From an uncultured delta proteobacterium (GTDB lineage Bacteria; Desulfobacterota; Binatia; Binatales; Binataceae): 64,000 nt of DNA. The position numbers and the translations under genes were made by a program. The stretch is from positions 32,001 through 96,000 of the forward strand of contig CAVXXK010000004.1 of assembly GCA_963765675.1 (NCBI GenBank). Reading direction: 5' to 3'. Positions 19,369 to 29,105 of the stretch are shown here, one piece after another. Position 1 is the stretch's first letter, and each line of letters begins with the position of its first letter. The notes under the pieces are model-generated. The model saw only the letters and a list, made by a program, of their open reading frames with translations, made no database searches and had not been told where the DNA came from.

Positions 19369-21198
19369 ATGAAACGCCTTCTGCTTTACGTTCGCCGCTA
19401 CTCGGCCTGGTACGGCTTCGGGATGCTTTGCACGCTCATCGCCTCGGCGTGCGGCATGACCGTGGCCTACTTGAGCGGCGCCGCGATCAAGTCGATCCAG
19501 TTCCATCACGCGATGACCTTCGCCACGCTCGAGCGCCTGGGGCTCCCCGCGCACGAGACGCTCGGCCGAATCGTGCTGATGCTTTGCGTCACCGCGCTTA
19601 TCGGCGGGACCGCGCGCTGGCTGTCGCGCTTTACGATTTTCAACACCGGCCGCGATATCGAGTACGATCTGCGCAACGACCTGTTCGTTCATCTGACGCA
19701 TCTCGGCCCGGTGTTCTACGATCGCCACAAGATCGGCGACCTGATGTCGCGGCTGGTCAACGATCTCACCGCCGTGCGGATGATGGTCGGGATGGGCGTG
19801 GTGACGTTCGCCGACGCGCCCGCGACGACCTTCTTCGCGCTCTCCTTCATGCTGGCGGTGAGCGTGCGCCTGACGATCGCAGTGATCGCGCCGTACATCC
19901 TGCTGATGATCGGGATCAAACGGCTCTCGCGCTCGCTGATGGTGCGCAATCTGCGGGTGCAGCAGGGACTCGGCGGAATCGAGTCGAAAGTGCAGGAGAG
20001 CCTGGCCGGAATTCACGTGGTCAAGGCCTACGCGCTCGAGGATCACGAGGCCACCCTCTTCCGCAAGGCTAACGACGACTACAACGATCTCGGGCTTGCG
20101 CTGGCGCGCCTGCGCGGCGCGATGTTCCCGATGATTCGCGGCACGTCGGCGTTCGCCGTAATGGTGGTGCTGATTTACGGCGGGTCGTTGGTGACGCGCG
20201 GAATTCTCGAGATCGGCGACCTGGTTGCGTTCATGGGATATCTCGGACGCCTCGCGTGGCCGGTCACCTCGCTCGGATGGATGATCTCGATCTATCAGCG
20301 CGCGAAAGCAGCGATGGAACGCCTGAACGAAGTATTCTCTGAGCCGCCGCAGCCAGGCGAGCTCGACGACGGCGGGGTGCGGCTCGAAGTGCGCGGCGCG
20401 ATCCAGTGGGATCACGTTTCGTTCAGTTATTTTTTGCGCGACAAAATCGAAGGCGCGGTCGCGGAATCCAACGGCTCCACGTCCAACGGGCATCATTACG
20501 ACTACGCGCTGAGGGACGTGTCGGTCACGGTTCCCGCGGGCGGCAAGCTCGCGATCGTCGGACGCACCGGATCGGGAAAATCGACGATGATCAAGCTGCT
20601 GACGCGGCAGTTCGAGCCGACCAGCGGCCGGATCCTGCTCGATGGAAAAGATATCCGCGAAATTCCGCTGCACTCGCTGCGCAAGACGCTCGGCGTCGTG
20701 CCGCAGGAGCCGGTGCTGTTCTCTGACACGATGGCGCGCAATATCGCGTTCGGACGGCCCGACGCAACCGAGGACGAAATTCGCGAGGCCGCGCGAATCG
20801 CCGGACTCGAGCCGGACATCGCTACTCTGCCGCACGGACTCGACACGATCGTCGGCGAGCGCGGAATGGCGCTGTCCGGCGGACAAAAGCAGCGCACCAC
20901 GATCGCGAGGCTGCTCACCTACCGGCCCGGCGTTGTGGTGCTGGACGACGCGCTCTCGAGTGTGGACACCGAGACCGAGAAGTCCGTCCTCCATAGCCTC
21001 GAGCAGAGCGTGGTCGGACGCACGACGATCGTGGTCGCGCATCGCGCCTCGACCGTGCGCGACGCCGACGAGATTATCGTGCTCGAAGACGGCCAGATCG
21101 CCGAGCGCGGAACTCACGCCGAGTTGATGGCGCGGCGCGGAACCTATGCCGAGCTGTTCCATCGCCAGCTGATGGAAGAAGAGCTGGCGCAGTATTAG
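19369..21198 (+). CDS. ABC exporter TMD-NBD subunit (degenerate Walker B)
   Basis: GRTGSGKS, LSGGQKQR and VLDDALSSVD motifs; N-terminal TMD. Confidence 0.93.
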   Translation: MKRLLLYVRRYSAWYGFGMLCTLIASACGMTVAYLSGAAIKSIQFHHAMTFATLERLGLPAHETLGRIVLMLCVTALIGGTARWLSRFTIFNTGRDIEYDLRNDLFVHLTHLGPVFYDRHKIGDLMSRLVNDLTAVRMMVGMGVVTFADAPATTFFALSFMLAVSVRLTIAVIAPYILLMIGIKRLSRSLMVRNLRVQQGLGGIESKVQESLAGIHVVKAYALEDHEATLFRKANDDYNDLGLALARLRGAMFPMIRGTSAFAVMVVLIYGGSLVTRGILEIGDLVAFMGYLGRLAWPVTSLGWMISIYQRAKAAMERLNEVFSEPPQPGELDDGGVRLEVRGAIQWDHVSFSYFLRDKIEGAVAESNGSTSNGHHYDYALRDVSVTVPAGGKLAIVGRTGSGKSTMIKLLTRQFEPTSGRILLDGKDIREIPLHSLRKTLGVVPQEPVLFSDTMARNIAFGRPDATEDEIREAARIAGLEPDIATLPHGLDTIVGERGMALSGGQKQRTTIARLLTYRPGVVVLDDALSSVDTETEKSVLHSLEQSVVGRTTIVVAHRASTVRDADEIIVLEDGQIAERGTHAELMARRGTYAELFHRQLMEEELAQY

Positions 21199-21200
21199 CG

Positions 21201-23039
21201 ATGCAGACCAGCGAAGAAAAGCAGCTCGGACGCGCGCGCGACTTCGCGCTCATCAGGTTCGTCTGGACCTACGTGCGCCCGTATCGCGGGCTGTTCTTTT
21301 TGTCGGTTATCCTGATGCCGCTCAACTCGGCATTCGCGCTCTCGCAGCCGTATATCATCCAACTAATTGTCGATATCTTTTTGCAGCATCGCCATGTCGC
21401 TCCCCCGGCGTGGCTGGCCGCGATCTTCGCCGCGACCGGAGGCGCGAGCCTGCTCAAGATGGGCGCAATCTATATGGCGCTGGTCGCCGGCGAGTTCGCG
21501 ACGTTCTATGGGCAGTTCTATCTGACCGTGATGGTCGCGCAGTATTCGCTGTCGGACCTGCGCCTGGCGGTGTTCAATCACGTCGAGCACCTGCCGATGT
21601 CGTTTTTCGATCGCACCCCGGTCGGACGCCTGGTCAGCCGCATGACCACCGATATCGACGCGATCAACGAGATGTTCGCGCAGGGATCGCTCACGATGTT
21701 CGTCGACGTGATGACGATGTCCGGAATCGTCGTGATCATGTGGCTCAAGAGTCCGCGCCTGGCGCTGTGGGCGATGATCGCGATTCCGCCGCTCTTGCTG
21801 TTCATCAATATGTTCCGGGTGCGCGCGCGAGTGGTTTACCGCCAGATCCGCGAACGCCTGGCGCAGGTGAATGCGTACCTGTCCGAGTCGCTGGCCGGAA
21901 TGGTCGTGATTCAGCTCTTCACTCGCGAGCGCACCAGCCGCGACGAGTTTGACGTGCTGAACGTGCGCTCGCGCGACGCGCAGATCGCGGCGAACATTTA
22001 CGAGACGGGCCTGTTCTCCGCGGTCGATACCGTCGCCTCGATCACCGTCGCGGTCATCCTGTGGGAAGGCGGCGGGCAGGTGCTACGCAGCGTTATCACT
22101 CTCGGCACGCTGATCGCGTTCATGCAGTACGCGCAGCAGTTCTTCATGCCGCTGCGCGAAATTTCGAACAAGTACACCACGCTGCAATCCGCGCTGGCGG
22201 CGGTCGAGCGAATCGAGCAACTGATGGAAGAGCCGCGCGTAATTTCGAGCCCCGAGACGCCAAGGCTGCCCACCGTCTCGCGCGGATCGATCGTGTTCGA
22301 CCACGTCGACTTCGAGTATCGCGAGGGCGAGCCGATCTTGAAGGACGTAAGCTTCACCGTCGATCCTGGACAGAAGATCGCGATCGTCGGCCCGACGGGA
22401 TCGGGCAAGACCACGATCATCAAACTGCTTAACCGCTTCTACGACGTGAAGCGCGGGCGCATCCTGGTGGACGGCGTCGACGTGCGCGAATGGGACTTGC
22501 ACGCGCTGCGCCGCACGATCGGCCTGGTGCAGCAGGACGTGTTCCTGTTCGCCGGCGACGTGATGGAAAACATTCGCCTCGGACTGAGTGAGCTGGGCGA
22601 AGACGCGGTGCGCGACGCGCTCAAACGCGCGCAGGCGATCCGCTTTGTCGAGCGCTTGCCCGCGGGACTCGGCGAGCAGATTCGCGAACGCGGTGCGAAC
22701 CTCTCCGCGGGCCAGCGCCAGTTGCTCTCGTTCGCGCGCGCTCTCGCCTACAACCCGCGCATCCTGGTGATGGACGAGGCGACCTCGAGCGTGGACAGCG
22801 AGACCGAGCGCCTCATCCAGCTCGCGCTGGGCGAACTGCTCGCCGACCGCACCGCCGTCGTGATCGCGCATCGGCTTTCAACAATCGAGCGCGCCGACCG
22901 CATTCTCGTGCTCGCAAACGGCGTCGTCCGCGAGAGCGGCACCCACGACGAACTGCTCGCCCAGCGCGGCCTGTACTACCGCCTGTTCGAACTTCAGTAT
23001 GCCGCCGCGGCCGAGGCATCGAGTGAGGTCACCGGTTAG
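21201..23039 (+). CDS. ABC exporter TMD-NBD partner subunit (TM287/288- or BmrCD-type heterodimer)
   Basis: GPTGSGKT, LSAGQRQ, VMDEATSSVD and IAHRLST motifs; begins 2 bp after its partner. Confidence 0.93.
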   Translation: MQTSEEKQLGRARDFALIRFVWTYVRPYRGLFFLSVILMPLNSAFALSQPYIIQLIVDIFLQHRHVAPPAWLAAIFAATGGASLLKMGAIYMALVAGEFATFYGQFYLTVMVAQYSLSDLRLAVFNHVEHLPMSFFDRTPVGRLVSRMTTDIDAINEMFAQGSLTMFVDVMTMSGIVVIMWLKSPRLALWAMIAIPPLLLFINMFRVRARVVYRQIRERLAQVNAYLSESLAGMVVIQLFTRERTSRDEFDVLNVRSRDAQIAANIYETGLFSAVDTVASITVAVILWEGGGQVLRSVITLGTLIAFMQYAQQFFMPLREISNKYTTLQSALAAVERIEQLMEEPRVISSPETPRLPTVSRGSIVFDHVDFEYREGEPILKDVSFTVDPGQKIAIVGPTGSGKTTIIKLLNRFYDVKRGRILVDGVDVREWDLHALRRTIGLVQQDVFLFAGDVMENIRLGLSELGEDAVRDALKRAQAIRFVERLPAGLGEQIRERGANLSAGQRQLLSFARALAYNPRILVMDEATSSVDSETERLIQLALGELLADRTAVVIAHRLSTIERADRILVLANGVVRESGTHDELLAQRGLYYRLFELQYAAAAEASSEVTG

Positions 23040-24177
23040 GTCCTCGTCGCGCACGCGGCTGCAGGCGATCGTCTCGGCCGCGCTGATGGCTGCCACGGCG
23101 ATCGCGCTTGGCGGATGCAACGTCGGCTACCTCGCGCGCGCCGCGTACGAAGGCGGCCGTATCCTGTGGAATCGCAAACCCATTTCCAGCGAGCTCGCGC
23201 AAGGCGACCTGACTCCTGAGGTGCGCGAGAAACTCGAGACCGTCCTCAAGGTCCGCCAGTTCGCCGCGGACCAGCTTGGCATGAACGTCGGCGGCGCCTA
23301 CGAGACGATCGCGCCGGTCGATCAGAACGCAATTGTTTACGTCGTGATGGCGGCCGAGCAGGACTCGCTCGATCCGCACACGTGGTGGTTTCCGATCGTA
23401 GGCGCGGTTCCCTATCGCGGCTACTTCCAGCAAGCCGACGCCGACGCCGAGGCCGAGCGGATGGAGGCGAACGGGTACGACACCATGGTTCGACCGGCGG
23501 TCGCGTTCTCGAGTCTCGGCTTCTTCGATGATCCCGTGCTGACGAACCTGCTCAAGCTCGATCGCGTCGAGTTGGCCGGCGTGCTGATCCACGAGCTGTT
23601 TCATCGCACGTACTACCTTGCCGGCGACGCGATGTTCGACGAATCGGCGGCCAACTGGGTAGGAGATCGCGGCGCGGTCGAGTTCTTCACCGCAACCGAA
23701 GGCGCGGCGTCTCCAGCGGCGATCGAGGCGCGCGCAATCTTAAACAGTAACTTGAAGTTTTCCCGGTTTCTGCTGACTGAACAGGCGCGTCTGCTGAAAA
23801 TCTACACCAGCGGCGCTTCGCGGGACGAAATTCTGAAAGAGCGCGTGGCCGCCTTCGCGGCGATCAAGTCCGATTATGCGGCGCTGGCGCCCAGTCTGTA
23901 CGGCCTCGAGCGTTTCAACCTCGACCAGCAGCCGCTAAACAACGCCGTGATGGTTAACTATCTGATTTATTTTCACGACCTGGACAATTTCGCCGCGCTC
24001 AATCGAATCGACAATGGCGACGTGAAAAAAACCATCGCGCGGATCATCGAGATCGCCAAGGCGAACCCCGACGATCCCTTCTACGCGATCTGGGAAGCCT
24101 CCCTGCACGCCCCGCCTCCTGACGATCAGCCGCCCGCGAGCGCACCCTCAATCTCGCCGGCCAAAGCGGGCTCATAG
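23023..24177 (+). CDS. Putative zinc aminopeptidase lipoprotein (DUF2265-like)
   Basis: LGGC lipobox, WWFPIVGAVPYRGYF, FSSLGFFDDP, HELFH (HExxH) and FDES motifs. Start uncertain. Confidence 0.8.
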   Translation: MRSPVRSSSRTRLQAIVSAALMAATAIALGGCNVGYLARAAYEGGRILWNRKPISSELAQGDLTPEVREKLETVLKVRQFAADQLGMNVGGAYETIAPVDQNAIVYVVMAAEQDSLDPHTWWFPIVGAVPYRGYFQQADADAEAERMEANGYDTMVRPAVAFSSLGFFDDPVLTNLLKLDRVELAGVLIHELFHRTYYLAGDAMFDESAANWVGDRGAVEFFTATEGAASPAAIEARAILNSNLKFSRFLLTEQARLLKIYTSGASRDEILKERVAAFAAIKSDYAALAPSLYGLERFNLDQQPLNNAVMVNYLIYFHDLDNFAALNRIDNGDVKKTIARIIEIAKANPDDPFYAIWEASLHAPPPDDQPPASAPSISPAKAGS

Positions 24178-24758
24178 CCGCCGAAGAAATGATCGGCGCC
24201 GGCGATCACCTTGAGCGTCGCGGCGGCTCCGAGTTTTTCCAGCGTCTTTTCAAGCGCCGGGATCGGCGAATAAGTGTCGCGATCTCCCGAGACGAGCAGC
24301 ACCGGCTTGCCCGCCGCCGAGTTGATTCCCGAATCCATCGCAGCGACCGGCAATGCGACCGCGATCACACGCGCGACGCGCGAATCGCAGAGCCCTGCGC
24401 GAAGCGCGATTGCCGCACCGAAGGAATATCCCGCCAGCGCGATCGTACCCGGCTCGATATCGGGCTGCGCGGCAAGGAATTCCACCGCAGCGCGCGCGTC
24501 CGATGCTTCGCCTTCCCCGCCGTCGTACTCACCCTCGCTCGCGCCGACGCCGCGGAAGTTAAAGCGCACCGTCGCATATCCGCGCCGCCACATCGCGGCG
24601 AGGATCGCCTCGACCACGTTATTGTTCATCGAGCCGCCATACATCGGATGCGGATGACAAATCACGGCGCCCGGCGATGCGCCGGCGCGCTCGGGCCGCG
24701 CGAGCAATCCTTCGAGGATCAGGTTGTCTGAGCGAAACATGATGTGCGATTCGGTCAT
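24126..24758 (-). CDS. Alpha/beta hydrolase
   Basis: CHPHPMYGGSMNN, RFNFRGVG, GYSFG nucleophile and GADHFF motifs. Confidence 0.9.
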   Translation of the reverse strand: MTESHIMFRSDNLILEGLLARPERAGASPGAVICHPHPMYGGSMNNNVVEAILAAMWRRGYATVRFNFRGVGASEGEYDGGEGEASDARAAVEFLAAQPDIEPGTIALAGYSFGAAIALRAGLCDSRVARVIAVALPVAAMDSGINSAAGKPVLLVSGDRDTYSPIPALEKTLEKLGAAATLKVIAGADHFFGGYEPALAGEIEGALAGG

Positions 24759-24938
24759 CGCGAGTCTCCTTCCCGGCGGCAAGCTTAAGCGAGGATGCTA
24801 TACTAGCTCCGGCGGCTCGGACCATATCACCGGCGACGCCTGCGCCAGCTTCCGGTTGCGTATTTGAGCGTGGCGCGAGTATAAGAATTACTGCATTGGT
24901 GGACAGGTGAAACTGATTCACGGACGGGGGACATCGCA

Positions 24939-26228
24939 ATGAAACTACGCGGGTTTATCCCGGCGCTTGCGCTTGCAGTGATGCTTGCCTCGGCCGGTTA
25001 TGCGCACGCGGTTTCGCTGACCTTGCAAGGTGAGAGCGCGGGCCTCGCAACCGAAAACTCCGAGGCTCTCTACGCCAGCGACAGCTCGGGCAAATCAGTC
25101 CTGGTGACGGAGGTCGGCCTGCCCTCACCCGACGGTGGCAATTTCACCGAAGTCGGCGTGCCCTCGATGATGGCCGACGGACGCGTGTTGTTCGGCGCCG
25201 AGACAACGGCCAAGAACGGCAAGGCCCACTGGGCAATCTTCACCGGTGATCCTGATCGATCGCCGGTCTATCGCGTCACGCGCGCGGTCGATCTCAAACC
25301 CTCGAAAGATTGCGCGCCCGAGCTCAACGGTGATCCATATCCCGTCGCCGATGCGGACGGGGACATCGCGTTCATGGCGAACCTTCCGGCCAAGTCCGAC
25401 GCGCTGGTGCTGGACACGCACGGAACCCTGACTTGCCTTGCCCGGTTGGGAAGCAAAACCGCGCAGGGACATGAAATCGCCGTGCTCAGCTTCGGCAGCC
25501 CGCAGATGGGCAACAGCGGCGAGGTCGTGTTCAACGCATGGCTCACCAACTATTCGGCGGCCAAAACCGACGCCCACGGAGCACCGATCACGCATCTCCA
25601 GTCGCTGCTCATTGCCTCCCGCACCGGCGGCATCAACGAACTCGCGGTCGAGGGCGAATACGGTCCGAACCATATCCGCTATGCGCGCCCGTTCGGACTT
25701 CCCGCCGCACTGCCCTCGGCGCAGGGGACGTTGGCCGCGTTCACGGCCAAGACCTCAACCGGGGCGGCGCTGTTCCTGTACAGCGGTGGTGAGATGGCGC
25801 GAATTCTGCCGACCGGCACTCTCACTCCCGAAGGTCCTGTGACCTATCTGTCGCCGGGACGTCCGGGCCTGATGACCGACGGCACGACGGCAGTGCTCGC
25901 AGGATGCGTTCGCGAGCCCGCGGTCTTTCGCCTGTCGCATCAGCGGCTCGACCTCCGGCTCCAGCGCGGACAGCTCACTCCTTTTGGAACCGAGCTCGAA
26001 TCGCTGGGCGACCCTGTCCTCACGGCGGACGGCACGATGTTCATCGGCGCGACCGACTCCGACGAGAACGAGAAACTTTATGAGCTTGGCGGCGACGGCG
26101 CATTCTTCGAGGTCGGCAAGCAGGATCTGATCTACAAGATCTCGACCGGGACTCATCGCCATTCGATCTTCACCGGCACGCTCACCGTGAACGAGCACGG
26201 CGATTTCGCGTACCTGGGCGGCAAGTAA
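24939..26228 (+). CDS. Secreted beta-propeller-like protein
   Basis: Signal peptide (AHA cleavage site) and repeated P-x-M/L-x-x-G-x-V/I-x-F blades ending NEHGDFAY. Confidence 0.6.
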   Translation: MKLRGFIPALALAVMLASAGYAHAVSLTLQGESAGLATENSEALYASDSSGKSVLVTEVGLPSPDGGNFTEVGVPSMMADGRVLFGAETTAKNGKAHWAIFTGDPDRSPVYRVTRAVDLKPSKDCAPELNGDPYPVADADGDIAFMANLPAKSDALVLDTHGTLTCLARLGSKTAQGHEIAVLSFGSPQMGNSGEVVFNAWLTNYSAAKTDAHGAPITHLQSLLIASRTGGINELAVEGEYGPNHIRYARPFGLPAALPSAQGTLAAFTAKTSTGAALFLYSGGEMARILPTGTLTPEGPVTYLSPGRPGLMTDGTTAVLAGCVREPAVFRLSHQRLDLRLQRGQLTPFGTELESLGDPVLTADGTMFIGATDSDENEKLYELGGDGAFFEVGKQDLIYKISTGTHRHSIFTGTLTVNEHGDFAYLGGK

Positions 26229-26325
26229 TCCGCAGTTTTTCGGCCGCATCGTAAGCAATCAGGGCGCGCGGAAACCCGCGCGCTCTGCCTTTTCAGCCGC
26301 CCCGCAAGGTGCAATCCTTGGCGCC

Positions 26326-26988
26326 ATGGCGGTATTAAACAAGTTCACAACGCTCTCTCCCGAACTCTACGAATACGCGGTCGAACACGGGCACAGCACC
26401 GATCCGATCCGGCGCGAGCTTTCCGAGGAGACCAAAAAGCTCGGACCCATAAGCATGATGGAGATCGCGCCGGAACAGGGCACTTTCATGGGAATCCTCG
26501 CGAAATCGATCGGCGCCAAATCCGCCGTCGAGGTCGGGACGTTCACCGGCTACAGCTCCCTGTGCGTGGCGCGCGCCCTGCCCGCCGACGGCCGTCTGCT
26601 GTGCTGCGACGTGAGCGAGCAGTGGACCAGCGTCGCGCGGCGCTATTGGGAGAAGGCGGGGGTCGCGAAAAAGATCACGTTGAAGCTTGGGCCCGCGGCA
26701 GAGACGCTGCGCGCCCTGCCGGCATCGCATAGTTTCGACTTCGCGTTTATCGACGCCGACAAGTCGAGCTACCGGGTCTACTACGAAGAGATCCTGAAGC
26801 GGATGCGGCGCGACGGACTGATCCTGATCGACAACGTGCTGTGGAACGGCGCGGTGATCGATAACGCCAATCAGACCGAAGACACCAAGGCGATTCGGCA
26901 GTTGAACGATTTCATCGCGCACGACGATCGGGTCGAAGCGGTGCTGCTTCCGCTTGCGGACGGCCTCACGATCGCGCGCAAGAAATAA
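26326..26988 (+). CDS. SAM-dependent O-methyltransferase (CCoAOMT/COMT-like)
   Basis: EVGTFTGYS, FDFAFIDADK, IDNVLWNG and DGLTIARK motifs. Confidence 0.93.
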   Translation: MAVLNKFTTLSPELYEYAVEHGHSTDPIRRELSEETKKLGPISMMEIAPEQGTFMGILAKSIGAKSAVEVGTFTGYSSLCVARALPADGRLLCCDVSEQWTSVARRYWEKAGVAKKITLKLGPAAETLRALPASHSFDFAFIDADKSSYRVYYEEILKRMRRDGLILIDNVLWNGAVIDNANQTEDTKAIRQLNDFIAHDDRVEAVLLPLADGLTIARKK

Positions 26989-26990
26989 TT

Positions 26991-27035
26991 CCTCGCCCTG
27001 ACAGGGAGATGCACTGGCACACGGTCAGGTGAGGG
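26991..27035 (-). repeat. Inverted, shorter copy of the CCCTCACC...CTCCC/GGG-GAGG REP-like core
   Basis: Minus strand reads CCCTCACCTGACCGTGTGCCAGTGCATCTCCCTGTCAGGGCGAGG, back-to-back with the full copy at 27042. Confidence 0.55.
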
Positions 27036-27041
27036 ACCTTA

Positions 27042-27172
27042 TTCAGCGCGGCGCGTCAGCGACGTGCGATTAAAAAGAAAGCTCTCGGAAGGCCGCCCTC
27101 ACCCACGCGTCACGATACTTGCGAAAAAAACGCAAACACCGCGCCGCGTCGCCCTCTCCCGGGGGGAGAGGG
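27042..27172 (+). repeat. REP/BoxC-like structured intergenic repeat, copy 1
   Basis: TTCAGcGCGGCGCG..AGCGACGtGCGATTA...CCCTCACCC..CGCGTCACGAT.CTTGCGAAAA...CCCTCTCCC-GGG-GGGAGAGGG; matches 32864..32989. Confidence 0.85.
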
Positions 27173-27185
27173 AATAATCAAAAGA

Positions 27186-27896
27186 TCAGCGCGGAGGATG
27201 GCCCTTCTTAAACTCGCGGGGGCCGCGGACGAGCTGCGCGCTCACTACGTTGCGGCAATCGAGGATCTGCCACGGCGAGTCGGGACGCTCAGCCGGATAG
27301 GTGATCATCGCGTTCTTGCAAATCGCCGCGCGCTCGATCGTCATCTCGGGTCCGATCACCGTTAGCTCCGTCTTGCCATCGGGAAGGGTGCGAAAGCCGT
27401 CGGCATGATCGTAGGCGAGCCGGCTCGGCTCGATCGTCTGCAACTGCGGCATCTCGATTTCGAGCAGCGGGCCTTTCGCGTCGCTGACGATCGCGTGAGC
27501 GCGTCCGACACTCGCTTCGAAATCGATCTTGCCGAGAACGTTCGGATAGCTGCGCTCCCATAGTCCCGCGCTCAGCGCCTGTGGGCTGTCGGTGATTGAG
27601 GCCGCGACGAAGACCGCCGGCATCATGTTGAGGCGCGAGCCTAGTCCGAGCGTCGCGTCGCGGAACGGTCCGACAGGAGAGTCGCGGTTATCAATAATCG
27701 TCAGGCGGCAGTAGGTCGGCGTGGTGCGGCAGAACTCGGGCGGCATGCGCTCGAGCAACGGAGCCTTGCGCACCTCGAAATAGACATTGAGCATCGTCGC
27801 GTTCGCGCACTTCCACGGCAGTGCGGGATAGGCGGCGCGCTCCGCAGGCAGCGCGACTCGATATTGTTCGTGGCGGGCGAGTCCTTCGTCAGGCAC
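27186..27896 (-). CDS. Acetoacetate decarboxylase-superfamily protein (no catalytic Lys motif)
   Basis: LNVYFEV...PPEF, DSPVGPF and ALSAG..E..YP ADC-fold pattern. Confidence 0.65.
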   Translation of the reverse strand: MPDEGLARHEQYRVALPAERAAYPALPWKCANATMLNVYFEVRKAPLLERMPPEFCRTTPTYCRLTIIDNRDSPVGPFRDATLGLGSRLNMMPAVFVAASITDSPQALSAGLWERSYPNVLGKIDFEASVGRAHAIVSDAKGPLLEIEMPQLQTIEPSRLAYDHADGFRTLPDGKTELTVIGPEMTIERAAICKNAMITYPAERPDSPWQILDCRNVVSAQLVRGPREFKKGHPPR

Positions 27897-27943
27897 TGAT
27901 CGTATTCCTCAAGTTCTTGTTCAACTTCGATTTGCGCGACTGA

Positions 27944-29074
27944 TCACGCGGGCATCGGCGGAGCTTCGGGGCCGCGCTTGGACTTCTCGTCGCGTTTCGA
28001 GTTCTGCTTGCCCTCGGCAAATTCCGGCATCACGTATTTCGCGAAGCGCTCGAGGCTCGCCAGCACCTTCGGATGCGGTATCTGCTGGTCGAAGTTGATC
28101 ATGCAGACCACGCGCTCGACGCCGACTTCTTCCCAGTAGCGCAGATTCTCAACGATCTGCTCGGGCGTGCCGACCGGAAAGCCTTCGCGCAGCGACTGGA
28201 TTTCCGCCTGGCTGAGCAGCGCGGTCGCATTGGCCTGAGCAGTGTACGCATGCGACGGATAGATCCCGCCGAGGCCGACCAGATGCGCCGCGGTGCGAAA
28301 GAAATTGAACGCCGCGCCGCCGCCGACCGCGCGCGCCTCATTCTCGTCTTCGCCGCAATACATCCAGCTCGCGGCGTTGACCTGGTTGTTCACGAATTTG
28401 CCGACCGGATCGCAATGTTTGATGATACGCCGGTAGTCGGATACGAGGCGCTTGTAATCGGCCGGCGTTCCGAGCGTCACGCCCAGCATCCCAATTCCGC
28501 GCTCGGCCGCTTGCACGGCGGTCTCGGGCGACGAGACCGCGACCCACATAGGAGGATGCGGATCCTGGATCGGCTTGGGCAGCACGTTGCGCGGGGGCAT
28601 CTTGAAGTACTTGCCGTTCCACTCGAACTCGTCCTCGGTCCACATCCGCGGGATCGCGCGGATTACTTCGTCCCACATTTCTTTGGTTGCATCCGGATCG
28701 ATTCCGAACGCGCCGACCTCGGTCCAGGTGGCTGAGCGTCCGGTGCCGAATTCGAGACGGCCGTTGGAAATCAAATCGAGCGCGGCAGCGCGTTCCGCGA
28801 TTCGGGCCGGATGATTCATCGGCGGCAGGCATACCGCGATTCCCTGGCCGATCCGGATGCGCTTGGTGCGGGCCGCGGCGGCAGCGAGGAAAACCTCGGG
28901 CGCGGATGAATGCGAATACTCCTCGAGAAAATGATGCTCGACTTCCCAGACCTGGTCGAAGCCGAGCTCGTCGGCAAGCTCTATCTGTTCGAGCGCCTGC
29001 TGATAAGCGCGCAACTCGGACTGGCGGGTCCACGGCTTCTGCACCGAATGTTCGTAGAAGATTCCGAATTTCAT
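27944..29074 (-). CDS. Luciferase-like (LLM) flavin monooxygenase
   Basis: MKFGIFYE, WEVEHHFLEEYSHSSAPE, HPARIAERAAALDLISNGRLEFGTGR and PKPIQDPHPPMW motifs. Confidence 0.92.
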   Translation of the reverse strand: MKFGIFYEHSVQKPWTRQSELRAYQQALEQIELADELGFDQVWEVEHHFLEEYSHSSAPEVFLAAAAARTKRIRIGQGIAVCLPPMNHPARIAERAAALDLISNGRLEFGTGRSATWTEVGAFGIDPDATKEMWDEVIRAIPRMWTEDEFEWNGKYFKMPPRNVLPKPIQDPHPPMWVAVSSPETAVQAAERGIGMLGVTLGTPADYKRLVSDYRRIIKHCDPVGKFVNNQVNAASWMYCGEDENEARAVGGGAAFNFFRTAAHLVGLGGIYPSHAYTAQANATALLSQAEIQSLREGFPVGTPEQIVENLRYWEEVGVERVVCMINFDQQIPHPKVLASLERFAKYVMPEFAEGKQNSKRDEKSKRGPEAPPMPA

Positions 29075-29105
29075 ATCCGTACTCCGAGTAGATCCGACGC
29101 TGCAA

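Noticed and set aside
19189-21162. 657-aa antisense ORF over the ABC exporter, and similar long shadow ORFs (7408..8859, 15381..16700, 36110..37768, 45570..47099, 57272..58510)
   Set aside because: They overlap well-supported genes on the opposite strand, have no recognisable motifs, and are expected from high-GC codon bias.
24126-24177. 52-bp convergent overlap of the aminopeptidase and alpha/beta hydrolase
   Set aside because: Short 3' overlaps in low-complexity tails are common in GC-rich genomes, and there is no sign of function.
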